Position numbers and translations under genes: made by a program. The notes beneath the pieces were generated by a model. It had not been told where the DNA came from and searched no databases. It was given only the letters and a program-made list of their open reading frames with translations. From Psammoneis japonica (lineage: Eukaryota): 64,000 nt of DNA. Of the stretch, positions 24,051-37,800 are shown piece after piece (position 1 is the first letter of the stretch; every line of letters starts with the position of its first letter). The stretch lies in the NCBI GenBank assembly GCA_008632985.1, contig QPGO01000162.1, forward strand, positions 62,001 to 126,000, read 5' to 3'.

Positions 24051-27000
24051 CTAACCTGATTTCTTCCCCTTCTTCTTCCGGGCTTTCTTCGACGGAGGAG
24101 GAGCACCAACCTCGTCATCGCCAGCGGCCGATTCGGCTGCCTTCGCTTTGAGATTCTTAAGCGATAGCTTGATTCGGAGAGGCTTCTTCTTTGGCTTTTG
24201 TGCAAATCCGTTCTTCTTCATTAGCCGCTCCAACTCTTTTTCCAAAGCTGCTGCATCCACAACAACCCAAGATCCCTCGCCGTTGTATGTTTTTGCGTTA
24301 CCAAACAGCAGCTTCCAATCCCCTCGATACTCTTCGAGGTCCCCATACAGTTTTCCGCGGCACTTACGAAGAATGTCATTGATAGCGATTGGGTTTTCAA
24401 TTGTTTCATAATAATCAGGATAAGCAGCGCGGTCCGGCTTTTCGAGAAAGATTTCGGAAAGTCGGCGCTTAGTGGACGGGTCCTTGAGAGCTATAACCGC
24501 CTTGGTGATTGTGATGAGCTTGCGGAAAGCCCACTCCGTGAGACCACCTCCTGGGTTACTCACAGCTTCATCTTCTTGGTTCCCACCTCTAGACAAGCTC
24601 GGCTTAGCAGGCTTTGGTGACCGAGACCTCTTCCGAGAGCGTTGGCCATCTTCCGCCGCAGCCTGCTTTTCCATTAAACGCAGAAATTGTTTCTCTGTCA
24701 GCCCATCGTCGTACGCCACCGCCTTGCGCTTTCGAGAGCCATCACTAACAGCGTGGATGCTCTTATCCACGGCATCCTTTCCACTCGGATACTTGATCCA
24801 ATCTGGAATCGTCTCCGGGGTTGTAAACAAACCTGTTTCAAAAGCGGACTTTTCCTCTTCACGGTCGTTATCCATGGCGGTGTAAAACTGATAATCCGCT
24901 TCGTTGCTTCCTAGCAACTCGTTGAAATCTTCTTCACTAGCGTCGCTAACGGCATCATCCCCAGTGCCGCTTCCTTCCTCTTCCGACGTACCGGCAGGTT
25001 CAGTGCTGGTGCCCTTGTACTGCGCAGTTGTGTCGAAATCCGTCAGCAGAACTTCCATCATTTTCTTGCGCTCCACGCTATTATCTTTCTCAACACTGCT
25101 TCTGTCGAATTTGCCAGCTTCTACCACCAACTCGCTCATATTTAGTTTTTCTGTTGCCCGATTAAGAATCTTCTCCTCTACTGGAGAGTAGGTAATTAGC
25201 CGAAACACGCTCACGTCGGATCGTTGCCCAATACGATGTGCCTACGGGTCGAAGCGAGAGGCCGAACGCAAATGAGCTTATAAAGTCGCGAGACAAGTCA
25301 AAAATTGAGAAGAGAAAGAAACTTACTCTATCCTGCGCTTGCAGGTCCATCATTGGATTCCAATCACTATAAAGGAACGGAAAGAGTGTTGAGAAAAAGC
25401 AAGGTTCAGTCATCTATCAATGGAGCACAATCTCATCATACCTATCGAAAATAATGACGGTATCAGCGCTGGCCAAGTTGAGCCCGAGTCCTCCCGCACG
25501 CGTGGATAACAAAAAGATAAAGTAGGGCGAGTCGGGGGCATTGAACTTGTACATCCTTTTTTCTCGTTCTTCGGCGGGTGTCGAACCATCAAGACGCAAC
25601 GATGCATACCCGCGGTAGGCAAAGTAGTCTTCTAGAATCGTCATGACAGCCGTCATTTGCGTAAAAAGCAACACACGGTGCCCAGCTGCCTTGAGCTTGG
25701 GCAGCATTCGATCCAAGAGTTCCACTTTGCCGGACGATCGAATAAGATTCTCGTTGATGTGATAGCCCTCTGGCGAAAACAAGTAGGGATGATTGCACAC
25801 CTTCCTTAATTGCATGACAACATTGTTAAGACCGCGCGAGGGAGCAGGTCCAGTCGGATTACCCAACAGGGTCTTATCTTCCGTTGCCTTGGCACTGATT
25901 TGCTTGTACAACTCCTTCTGCCATGAGGACAACTCGCAGCGAAGAACCTTTTCCACCTTTTCCGGCAGTTGGTCCAAAACTTCGCTCTTGACGCGACGAA
26001 GCATAAAGGGTCGAAGCAATTCGTGCAGTCGATGGATGATCAGCATACGCTCCTCGTTTGAGAGCATATTATCATTGTCGTCGTCGGTCCCTCCACTGGA
26101 ACTTCCAAACTGCGCAAAGGGGCGATTGAACCATTGATCAAAGGATTCCACAGAATTGAAGATGGTGGGTAACAAAAAGTTCAAGAGCGCCCATAATTCT
26201 GGCAAGGAATTTTGCAGTGGCGTCCCCGTAAGTAAAACACGATTTTTGGTGTCGTAGTGCGTTCCGAGCGTCACGGCAAACTTGGATTGCGCATTTTTCA
26301 TTCGATGACCCTCGTCTACAATTGCGTATTTCCAACTAATCTTTTTCAAATAGCCCTTGTCCTTGATAATGTACTCGTATGTTGTGAGGAGCACATTGAA
26401 TTGTCCCAGGCGCACCTGATTCTTGAATAACTCCTTTCGTTGAGCCGGGGTTCCCTTGTAAATGATGCATCGGGCGGAAGGACACCACTTGGCAAACTCG
26501 TTGACCCAGTTCGATAGAGTGGAAGAGGAACAATAACAAGATACGGTCCGAGATTTTCCTTGAACTCCATAAGGTAGGCTATGAGCGAGATGGTCTGGAT
26601 CGTTTTCCCAAGTCCCTACGATAGAACGAAAAAAAACGATTGTGAGTCACGCGATGAAGAGGATCAAGAAAAGTCAAGGGCAAGAAAAAATGGAAACGCA
26701 AAAAGACGATAAACTCTAGTTGCATTACCATTTCGTCCGCCAAGATACCGTTGAGCTTGTTGTTGTAGAGCGACACGAGCCACTGCAAGCCAGCCAATTG
26801 GTACTCCTTCAATTCTCCTCCGACCAAAATCCCCGGCTGTCGGACTTCTTCCTCTTTCAAATGTGCCGACGAATAATATGATCCCGTCTTTGCCGCCGAG
26901 GCATTGGCGAACTCTGCGTCATTTTCTTCTTTTGCAGATCTCTCCTGAAGCAGCGACGAAATTTGCGAAATGCACTCGTCTGTCTTGCCCAGTAGAAACT

Positions 27001-28226
27001 TGAGTCGATCGTTCTTGGTATCTTCCAGTAGTTTGCTATAAGCTGCCATATCATTAGCTCTGAGCGCCGCCAAACGGGCGCGCTCCGCCATGTCAGCGTC
27101 CTTTTCTTTGCGTTTATCCTTCTTGTCCAAAAAGTCTCTAACCGACTTTGCGAGTCGAAAGGCTTCAGCACGCCGCAGGCGGTGGTACTTAGAGAATTCC
27201 AATTGGTGGGCCACGATGGCTTTTGATATTTCCTTGTTTTGTTTAAGCAATCCTTCGACTGTGGCAGAGCGAGCCTTGCGCATCATACGGTCCATAGCCT
27301 TGGCTTCTCGCTTGGGTTGAATCTTGAGTCGCTTGTGTCGCTCTGGGTCCAACAAGATGGACTCGCTCTTGGCAGTTGTAGACTGTGGTTGTTTCTTGGC
27401 AAGGACGAGCTGTCGTTGCAAAATAGAGGCCCGAGAAAGGAGCAATTGCCGTTCTTGTGATACGGGTTGCTTCTTGACCGTAGCTTGACATCGCAGCGCC
27501 GCTCCGACGCTGTTGGAGAGAGCCGAGAATTTCCCCTTCTGGACTAAAAGACACCTGAATGGATGCGATTCCACTTTGTTCGTTCTTGTACCTTTGCTGT
27601 TGCTAATAAGGTAGCAGCTTTCGTTTGTTGTTGCTGCTGTATTGACGCAGCCGACTGCGGTTTGGGCCGAGGAGCTGCTGCTGGAGGAGGAGCCATTCGC
27701 TGCTGCTGTTGCTGATGTGAGTGCATTGTGCTGCTCTTGTTACTACTTCTCATGAAAGCAGAAGAACTGTGCAAGGACGGAGCAGATTGCTGTTGCTGCT
27801 GACGAGACTGATTCAAAAGCATACTGGCACTGCTACTGTTGGTGTTGGACGATGTTGTAGGTCGGTGAGAGGAGGAAGCAGCTGCAGCCGCCATGGCTGC
27901 TTGTTGACGGCGCTTCAAGATGTCCCGTTCTCGTCCCACACGCGCGGCATTCAGCACTGCGTTCCTCGGAAGCCCCACCTCCAACGCTTTCTGCATAGCG
28001 CAGGAGCAATCGTTCCGTCAGGTGACTTGATGGCACTCCAAATCGCATTCGTGAGAGCTTGTTTCGCTTCTGGGGTCAACTGAATACGTTTCTTCCGAGG
28101 CTGCTGCTGAGCCTGCTGCTGCTGCTGTTGTTGTTGCTGCTGTCTCGGTATGTGGTTGAAGCTCGATACTGGAGCACGAGCAGCAAGTGCTTGTTGGTGA
28201 AGCTGCTGTCGAATGGAAGAAGCGAG

Positions 28227-28262
<36 letters not shown>

Positions 28263-28601
28263 TTGCTGTTGCCGAGAGAGAGGAGCTGGGGCAGCACTCA
28301 TCAGAGGGTTCGGAACAGCCCACGAAGCCGACACCGCTGCTGCCTGTTGCTGCTGTGTAGCTTGCGTCAGGTTACCGCTGCTTCCGCCAGTATTACTGTA
28401 CATCTGAACTCCTCCTGTGTGACCCAGCGAAGATTGCGTCGGCGGCTGATTTTGACCGGGGGCGCCGGTCTGAGATGACGATAAATTCCCAGAATTGAAC
28501 ATGGCGGCGTGACCCGACGCCTGGCCGGGCATGACTGGGACTCGACCGGATGAACGACCATTGTTAGAACCGTCTGGCAATTGATGAGGACGACGGTCCA
28601 T
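24051..28601 (-). CDS. SNF2: SWI/SNF ATPase, Snf2/Brahma subfamily (Gln-rich N-terminus, HSA-like region, SNF2_N, HelicaseC, bromodomain); introns ~26616-26728, 25367-25441, 25242-25326; three 1-nt frameshifts
   Basis: [77 protein letters not shown] and bromodomain [12 protein letters not shown]...NAKTYN. Confidence 0.93.
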
Positions 28602-29192
28602 GTCGTTTGATCGAAAAGGGAGGGAAAAGGGAGAGGGAAGCCGACAGGGATTGGCTCGACAACGGGGTGAACGGAGACTTCGTGCATTGCCTTCCCACCA
28701 AGCGACACACAAGCGAGCTGCAGCGAACTGCGTGGAATCTACGTATCTCTCGTACAAAATACTGACATACCAAACATACCGTTCGTGTGACAAGTCTCAG
28801 AACCTGTTATAAGCCAATCAAAACGGCCGGTGGTCTTGAATCTTTCTGCTGACGTGCGTTGGTCTAAAAAAGGAATCTTCCGAAAAATGAATGTGAAATG
28901 TTTGCAATAAACGTCATCAAGTAGAAACAACATTGACCAACATTCCAGGTTCCTTTTTGACAGTCGACGTCATGGACAAAAATTTCGAAAACTCAAAACT
29001 GCCGCCAACAAAACGACCACCACATCAACACCAACGCACGAATCTACTATCAGAGCGATCGTTGCACTCCCATGTACAATTGGCCGTTGATCGAATTATT
29101 CTGTTGTGGTTACAATAGTACAGTCAATCCACACTTCTTTCACTCAAATGTTCTTAGTCAGTTGCGACTTTCTGATACTTGTTGTCCTCGTA

Positions 29193-29691
29193 ATGTTTTC
29201 TTCTGCGGTTCGAGCCTTTAGCGGCGTTCAATCATCCGTAGCCTTTCGACGAGCGTTGGTGCAGCCGCGTGCTCTTGCTATGCGACACATGTCGACTGGA
29301 CAAGAACCCGATACCACCATTGTCGACACGTGTCAGCAAAAGATTCAGAAAGCTTTGGAAACGGACAATGTAAAAGTCACTGGTGAGTCATGCGGCATGC
29401 AGCAGGTGGGGAGCCTCTGTTGCCACGAAGCGAAAGCTTCTGAAACCAATGAAGTGTGGCTTGTTGTGATATCTCACGCTTTTCTTCTTCTACTTCTGTC
29501 ACTGCTTACTTGTAGGAGCGTATGATGATCCCAACGGATCGCACATTTCAATCCAAGTCGTTTCGCCACTCTTTCAAGGAAAAAGACCTGTCCAAAGACA
29601 ACAACTGGTTTACAAGGCCATTTGGGAGGAGCTTCAAGGGCCGGTTCATGCTGTGGATGAGATGATTTGCAAAACTCCAGAAGAGGCATAG
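29193..29691 (+). CDS. bolA: BolA-like protein with organellar presequence; intron 29383-29515
   Basis: Spliced product reads [51 protein letters not shown]. Confidence 0.9.
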
Positions 29692-30296
29692 GTATAGGAC
29701 CACAAAATACTGAGCTTGCTTTGTTGTTCGGAGAATGGCGGAGAAAGCTGGCTTCTTCGGACTTTTGCCGTTGACTGTCACGAATGGCCGTCTGAAATAG
29801 AAGTAGAGGAATCATCGACAACGTAATCGTAGTCAAAAACAAAATACTTTTGACATTTCGCGTATTTGCAGTTGCTGGTTTCTTCTAATGATGGAGTGGG
29901 TAGCAATGCAGGAGAATAGTTTGATGAGCTTTTGACGAAAGAAATGTCGCGTACAATCGCCACGTCGTAAGCGACTGCGTGGGAAATTGCCAGTTGTTTG
30001 TGGGTTCGTGCTCTTGGTTCTTTGAAGTGTCAGTAGCTACGAAGATTGGCGAAAAATTCAAAAAGAGCAACGATCAGACAAACGAGATCGACTCGGCGAA
30101 ATTCTCGATAGCACTTTAAGGCCACAAAAGCAGCAACGACTTGGTGTCGAAGTTCGACGTAGCGTATACACGGGGCTCGCGATTGGAGATAGAGCTACTT
30201 TCACCTATAGCAGTACCTATTACAGTGAGGGAGGGTGATTTTCATTCTCTAAAAAGGTATTGTCAAAACTGTATGGTACATCGTGAAGCGACAAAG

Positions 30297-31191
30297 TCAG
30301 ACTTTCTTCTTTTTCTGCTTGTTGGATTCCATTTCCTGAGCAAATTTCGCAGTATTGGCATGGTACACCCAATACTGAACAAACATGATTGAATTCAATG
30401 TCACGCTGACGAAAAAGCCGTTGAGGATATTCATATCCCATCCCACCTCTTTGATTGTTGTTAGGATCCGTACGAGACCGCCGGCAACATTCATTGTGAG
30501 AGTAAGAATCGACTGTGCGCCAGTATGCTTCACTTGAGATGTCTTTAGTATTTGAGTTCCACGGGAAAAGAGGAGCACAGGAAGGATACTCGCCATTAGG
30601 ATGTAGCTGCAGAAACAACATAATGTGAAACATCATCAGAAAACACGGATTTTGTTTGGAGAGAAATGAAAAAGAAGTGCATACCACTCACTAATAGTCG
30701 GACGGTAGCCACACCAACACCACGTATACATAGATCACCAAAACGGCACAAGCCAAGAGTTGTTCTTGGATCGTGACTGCCGGATCTTGTTGCAAATTCC
30801 ATGTCATAAGTATCAAGATGACTGACTGAATACTTAGCGCAACATTCTCCCCAAACGCCGAGATTGGGTATTCGAGCAAGAAACCGTAGAACGCTGCGTT
30901 TGAATAAATTAGAAACTCGCCATAGAAACTCATCAAAGACATACCCGCGCATGATTGAGACTTCCACATGTTGACCATGATTGGCGCCTTGTTCAGACAA
31001 GATCCCAATATTATGGCCAGCCCTAAACCCTTTATCACTAGCCTTGAAAAACACGCGGACGTCAACCATGGCAGACTGTCAAGGCAAATCTCAGAAGAAT
31101 AATCGACTTCGTGTGAACCGTTTTCATTGTCGCCTACGCCCCAGACCCACTCAGCGAGGGGTACAACCAAAGGCAATTCAGTCACATGCAT
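30297..31191 (-). CDS. MPDU1: Mannose-P-dolichol utilization defect 1 (PQ-loop protein); intron 30607-30691
   Basis: KGLGLAIILGSCLNKAP, YPISAFGEN, QVKHTGAQS, RILTTIKEVG and a C-terminal KKKV ER-retention-like motif. Confidence 0.85.
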
Positions 31192-31439
31192 TTTATCCTG
31201 CCTAATCCACAAAAAACTTTGTTGACGACGCACGACCGAGAAGATTAGCCTGCGGTTGCGATACGGCAGCCGAAGAACGCCCAAAACACAAAATAGAGCG
31301 AAACTGCCACAGGCTCAGATATACACAGGTACCGGTAAGGATTAAAATGCTGACTTCGCACTTCACACTTTCTTCTCGTTTCTCCTTGTTGGTTTGCGGT
31401 TTGCTCGTTGCAAGTTCCGATGTCGCTAAGATTCCTTTT

Positions 31440-31545
31440 CCTTTTTCGGGTTCAAACTTTCAATTTTAACCAACTTGGGTTCTAAATTTGGATTTTGAAC
31501 CCAATTGGGTCCAAAATTGCAATTTTTGACCCGCCCCGAAAAAGG
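31440..31545. repeat. Small fold-back/MITE-like sequence with 11-bp terminal inverted repeats and an internal hairpin
   Basis: CCTTTTTCGGG ... CCCGAAAAAGG ends, with internal TTGGGTTC ... GAACCCAA. Confidence 0.45.
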
Positions 31546-31797
31546 GAGGCACGCGCTTCTCACGAGGCATCAACGCGTCGCGATCGACCGCGAGGTCTGA
31601 GGTCAAGATAAATAATAACAGAAAGATTTTTGTTCTCGCAACAACTTGGATATAGGTACGGTAAAATCATCATTCATCTTCATCACCAATAAGTTTGTCC
31701 TGGTCGCTGGAGAGGAAGACTGCTTGCTATTACCGTATTACTCTAGTCCGCTGAGTATTGTCAAGTTCATATTTCGTAGCGTTGAAGGAACCTCGAG

Positions 31798-32897
31798 ATG
31801 TCTGCCGAAAACGCAGAAGAACCAGTGCCAAGGAGGCTGCGATCATCAGAGCCAGATCTGTCGATCACGGTTGGCATTGGTGACAATAGCAAGGAATATT
31901 GCTATCATTCGCAAGTTATGGCAACTCATTCCACTTATATTGACACTATGCTTGCCACTCCCATGAAGGAAAGTCAGTCACGCCAGCTGACCTTTCCGGA
32001 TCTGACTCCCGAAATTTGGGAACTCATGATGAAAGCGCTCGATCCAGCTGAAGCTCGACAGCTTTCGATTGAAAACGCTGTGAAACCAGCGCCAGTCTAC
32101 GACAAGTACAGTTTTGAGCGCGGTCTCAAGATGTGTGATCAAGTGATTACGGAGCTGTTTGAGCAAAATTATGAAAACGCAGAGGACGGAATAAAGCCAA
32201 GTCATGACTTGTACTTACTGATCGATGCGTTTCTTGTGGCTAGTGGCGCCAATCTCAGCAGCAGCGTCGCAGGGTATAATTTCTTCCGTTCCGTTCTGAA
32301 CCACGGTCGTCGTTATGGAAGATTGATGTTCTCGGCAGACCACATCAAGAAGCTAGTGCCGCTTATTGTGGAAAAGCGTCTCCTTGCGGGATCGGTTGGC
32401 AAAGATTGGTCCACTGAAGAGATTCTGAATCCTAGTATGTACTTTGTGCTTGCATTTACGAGGTGTTATTGTTGTTACCTAAACTATTTTCTGCTTCTTT
32501 TCATTTTCTGGCAGTGTTTCCAGAATACTTTGTCTTCTACTACAGAGATTATCAACAACAAAAATGTGCTGTTGAATTAAGTCTCTCTGGCTCTGGATGC
32601 GAAGCAGACGGTGTGTTCACGAGATACGCGGGTGGATGGTTTGAATCTGGAAGAAGTATCTTGGATGGTGATGTTAGCCGTAACATCGTCATTGGCAAGA
32701 TGCAGCTAGATGGCGACTGGGTAATTTCTGGAAAGACCGAACCGGAAAATGACGAGGGCGGTGAACCCGAGTACAAGATTCTGTGGGAAAATCCATTTAG
32801 TGGCAACATGACGCTCCCACCGACGCATGGATGGGAACCTGTTGATGAACTCGTGCATGGATCACCAAGGATTGATCACATTTCCTTTTGCGCTTGA
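31798..32897 (+). CDS. BTB/POZ-domain protein; intron 32435-32514
   Basis: EPDLSITVG...YHSQVMATHSTYIDTMLATPMKESQSRQLTFPDLTPEIWE. The GT-AG intron joins the two ORFs in frame. Confidence 0.8.
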
Positions 32898-35085
32898 AGA
32901 GTACTAGAAATTTCGTTCTTTCCCCTCTTTCCTACCGTTGTGCTATTGTGATTCAATTTATCTTGAGGCAAGACAACGGTGTTAGTTCTAGCTACAGCAA
33001 AGGAAAGCGACGGCGAGTGGGCATTTCCGTAGGTCCACAGAGATATCACAACGACGCGTCGAGATCCTAGGACGGTGGTCTCTTCTCACGCGAAAGATGT
33101 GTTGGACGAGGAACTAGAGCATGATTTTTTAAGAGATCTTCTTATTGACTAGGGAATGGTCAGGCGCATTTTTTATGTTACAATCGACAGGAGGAAATCT
33201 GATGATGCCACTGCTGTCACTTCAATCCGTCTTCTTTCAAGTCATAAAAAGCCAAAGCTTTCCCTCTAGAATGGATGTGCTGGGCGCACACCCAGTGTGG
33301 TAGCGGTATGTATGTGCGTGACTACACAGACATTATCACACGACGTAGACAGCGGTTGGATCTCTCTCCGAGTTCCTCTGTTCACTTTTCCTTTTTCACC
33401 AGTGCCGTGCTCATTGCTGCTGTCCTGGTGTCTTGTTGGATTAGCATCAGACATCATTGTCTGACAGGTTGTGGCTGCGGCATCATTCTTCTGTCACAAG
33501 AACAACTGAATCTGTTGCATTTGGGCCGACGGCATCCTAACCCCGTTCTGCTTTTGCCTGCATTTGGACCATTGGCTTTGCAAATTTTCAATCTGTGATC
33601 CCAAACAAACTTTGCAGATGACATGCTGGAGCCGATGTGCAAAATTGTTTGCACCTCCAGTGTGACCAACCCCCAACAAAGATGGTGATCTGGCCAAGAT
33701 CAAGGCCGCTTCAGTCGACTTCAACCTTCACCACCTTGACACCAGCAATGTCCGTGTCATCCTCAACCAACTTTGTGCTGAGGATCTCCTTGATCCTAGA
33801 GAGATTCTGGATGGTTTCACTTGTCATGGATTGTGTGATGATGCCATGTGGACATTTTGTCATGAGATCCTCTGTGAAAGTTGATCACACCTCTCAAGCC
33901 TGGCACACGAAGTTCCAAGGACACCAGCATGGTTGGCCCTGTCTTTGACAAAGTTCCTCTGTTTGTCAGCACCTCAAATGCACCTCAGAAATGCCTCGAC
34001 TTGTCCTCTTTATGGAAGGCAATGCTCCAAGCAGTTTCTGATGAAGAGAAGATGCTGTCAACATTCACACTGGCTCGTTGCCTCATCCATTCTTTCATTC
34101 CTGGCTGGTGCGTTGTTTCATGTGCTGATTGGAGCAGCAACACATCCACCATTTCTTTTGTCAAGGCATCTTCTCCTGATCCTGCTGACCCCAAGATAAC
34201 AGCCTCTTCAAGTGCTGATCCTGGTCAATGTGCTTCTGCTCCAGCTGGTGCCTTCCTGGCCCAAAGCAACATGTGAAGACACCACGACGAAAGCACTTGC
34301 CTCTGTTCTGCCCTTGAAGTGCACTGCTCCTCCCCCTGTGCAAGTGTTCTCTTCTGTTTTGCGCACATTCAATCCAAAGAAACTGGCCTCCAATGCATTG
34401 GTGTGCTTTGAATGCAAGCACAAGGGTCATGTCATCCTGCATGATTCTTGTTTGAAACCCCACTCTAACGGGAATCTACACTGTGAAGATGGTGTTGAAC
34501 GTGTCATTCTTTGTGACAGTTCTCTGTGCATTGCAAGACAGGAATGGAGCTCAAAAGCTTTCCCACATGACCTGCTCACTTGTTGTGACATTCTGCTGCA
34601 AGGCATCTGTGTGTGGTGCAACACTTTTGCCCAACAAGCTGTGGCATGTGGCACTTCCTTCACACTGGAGGAGATCACCTTCACAATCTTCCCATGCCTT
34701 CAGCACCCCAGAAGCCTGGTCTTTTCCCAGCTGACTTCAAGTTCCCAGATGTTGTCAAGCAGTGCTGTGGTGACAAATGTGCTGCACTCATGATGATCCC
34801 ATTTGATTGCTTGCCAGTGTGGTGCAAGCACCCCTGCAATTTGATTCGCAACTGTCCTTGCCAGAATGACCTGACTCTTCTGAGCTGTCTTGCTTTCTTC
34901 AAGGACTGCCCTCACATTCATGCTGTTGTCACTGACGTTGACTCATCATTGCATGAGCCAGGTGAGCTTAATGTCTTTGTCAGTGTGATGCAAAGCATTC
35001 TAACTTCCTCCATTGCAAGACCTCCAAGGCTCAGGAAGACAAGCAGAGGGCTCACAAATTTGCAGCAAAGAAGATTGTTGAGACT

Positions 35086-36600
35086 TTGACGGCTCTGTTG
35101 AATGAAGCTAACAATCCTGCTCAGCATCCTGATGCCCCCAAAGCTGTCCAAACCATTGCATTTCTAACAGGAACAATCAACCTCCATAAAATCCATGCAG
35201 TGGGTTTGCTGGCCCAAGTTCTTGTGAATGAACCATTTGTGTTTGATTCTCCATCTCCAGAAAAAGATGATGCTCCTCCTTCTGTTGAGTCAGCTGACAA
35301 ACTTGTTGATGTCTTGGTCAACAAATTGGCTGCCAGGGAAATCCCCAATGACAATGCTTCACATGCTGTCTATGGTCTTTGTGCTGCAGGAGCACACCAG
35401 ATCAAGTGGAATCCTGTGGAAGCTGAGTGTCAGCTGTGTTTGGTCTGTGATGGTGAACATCAATTGGCAGATTTTCTCATCTTGAACAATGCTGCTTTCC
35501 TTCATTCACATGTGATCCGACTCTGCCAATTCTGTCCAACATGAGTGGTGCCCTCAGGATGGTGCTGTTGCATTGCAAATGAACAACCAATCAGATTTTC
35601 CTCCAGGCCATTGCAGACTTCAGACATGCAATGGGCGCCACTTGACTCTTCCCAACCCAAAACCACCAAATGATTGAGGGGTGACTGCAAAAGAGGGTCA
35701 ACTTGATTCATCACCACCCACTGATGCTCCTCCTTCTCGTCTTTCTTTTGCTGATGATGAGATCCTTCAGGGCACCTCTGGCACTCCTGATGTGAACACC
35801 CTTGCTGTTGATGATCCTTCTCTTCCAGATGAGGGCAGGGCACAAGATGGCACAGAAGAGCTGATGAGAACTGCTCCACCTGCTTTGCCTGAAGACATTG
35901 GACAACTTGATTTTGAACATCTTGATGCAGATGACTTGCTGCATCTTCAGCCACTGAATTCCATCCACATTTCACCCACACTCCTGCCATCAGTGTCTCT
36001 TGCTCCTTTTGATTCTTTGGACACTCTGACTGCACTGATCAACCACACATTGAGCAATGCATCTGTGTCTGCCTTGCTCTCAGATTGACACAGGAGCTTG
36101 GGTCTGTTGTGCTGGCCAGTTGAATCTCATCCACAGCTGTCAACCTTTTGATGATGAACATCCATGCCCTGTCAAGATGTCACCTGCAAAACAAAAAGAT
36201 CAGATGTGACTCCACATGGTTGCAGATTTGCACAAGTTCCAGCTGACAATGATCTTGGGTGCACATGGGTCTCAGCATTCTGCCATCCAATGCTTTGTCA
36301 TGCTGCCTTGATCAGCAATGAATGGAGTGTGGGAAGACCTTGGTGATGTTGCTTGTGATCTTCTCACATGTGCACACTGGGAAGTTCCCCACAAATGGTG
36401 TGGGCAGTGAGACAACTGGTGATGTTGTGGCAGAGACTTTGAGTCACTCGCTGAGAAGGAGAGGAGGAGCAGTTGTTGGAATTTCACAGCTTGCCATGAC
36501 TGGCACACTCCCACCAACCCCAAACTCACTGTGTGGCCCACAAACACACCACCCCCAATGCCAGCCCATCAACTGCTGTTCATGCCATGTTGACTGGGTG
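35086..36600 (+). mobile_element. Copia (CoDi-like) LTR retrotransposon relic: gag zinc knuckle and aspartic protease
   Basis: Degenerate knuckle CLVCDGEHQLADF...FLHSHVIRLCQF, followed by protease QIDTGAW at 36081-36101 and HSCQPFDDEHPCPVKM. Confidence 0.7.
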
Positions 36601-36764
36601 CAGAGGCTAAAAGGTGAGCACAAGACCCTCAACTCAGAGCTGTGAATGCAAATTTGCCATGTTGTCAACAATCATCAGTGTGTCTTGCACTGCAACATTG
36701 TCTGTCCTGCAAAAACTGCTTCGAACCCTGGTGCACCAACACACTCCTTTCCATGAGCCATCAA

Positions 36765-37800
36765 TTAATTGGCCTCATGCGTGTCAAGCACAGGAGGACA
36801 ACACTTGGAAACCTTGCCATCCAACACCACTTCAACTGCTCTGCTGATCCCTGCAGCCCCCACATCATCATCCAACTCCGTTGTTGAATGACCACTGTCA
36901 GGGCAATCCTTTTTCACATGCCCAACCTTGTTGCATTTCCAGCATTTGATCTGCTTCTTCTTGTTCTGTGTGAAGCTTGTGCCCTCAGGCTTCTTTTTGG
37001 CTCCATGCATGTCCAACACCTGCAGTGGTGCCTCCTCAGCCAAATTGGGGCAATTGTCAACCCCCAGTGCAAACTGCCAATGCAGGTCTTTCAAGACACA
37101 CCACTGTTCTTTGGTGCCCTCCATTGGCATTGCCACCAACAACTTGTTTCTTTCTTTGTTCTGGGTGTCATCAGCACCCTTGCTAAATCCATCTTCTTTC
37201 TTGGTGATTGCTTCTGAAATGATCCTGCCATGGGTCATTTCTGCTGTCTCCACAATGCTCATGAACCACTGCAGCAATCTTGAAGTGCCTCTCCTTTGTC
37301 TTGATGTGTGAGTGCCAAATGCTTCCATGCCTTGACTGCCTGGACATGCAAGCATGTCTTCTCATTTGCATTGAACAAGATTGACTTGAGAACTTCCAGC
37401 AGCACTGCCACATCCCACTCCTGTGTGATTCTCACAAACTCTGTCACTCCTTCAACCTTGTGATGGATGACCTTTTCACACTGTCCCATTGTCATGTTAA
37501 ACACCTTTGCCTTCTGCATCTTGTGGATCATCTTTTTTGGCTTGCTCTCCCACCTCAGAGGCACCAGCACCTGCATCTCTGGCCTGAACATTCTTCTGAC
37601 ATGCTCGCTGATCTTTTTTGTGGTCTCAGTGCAACCACCTGCCTGTTGTCCCAACCCGGCAGTGGCGCCACACACCCACTCCTTTAACTTCTTTGTGCTT
37701 CCACACTCAGCTGTGTCCTGTGCACATTTTCTGGAGTGATGTGGGAGCATCATGGCTCGCCAAAACAACAGCTGTGCATTTGGTCTTACCAACCCTGACA
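36765..37800 (-). mobile_element. Second Copia-like gag relic, opposite orientation
   Basis: CCHC knuckle CWKCNKVGHVKKDC, plus QFALGVDNCP and GQCEKVIHHKVE...DVAVLLEVLKSI. Confidence 0.75.

Noticed and set aside
27620..28360. CAG/CAA triplet repeats and antisense poly-Cys/poly-Leu ORFs
   Set aside because: They encode the poly-Gln N-terminus of SNF2; the opposite-strand ORFs are shadows.
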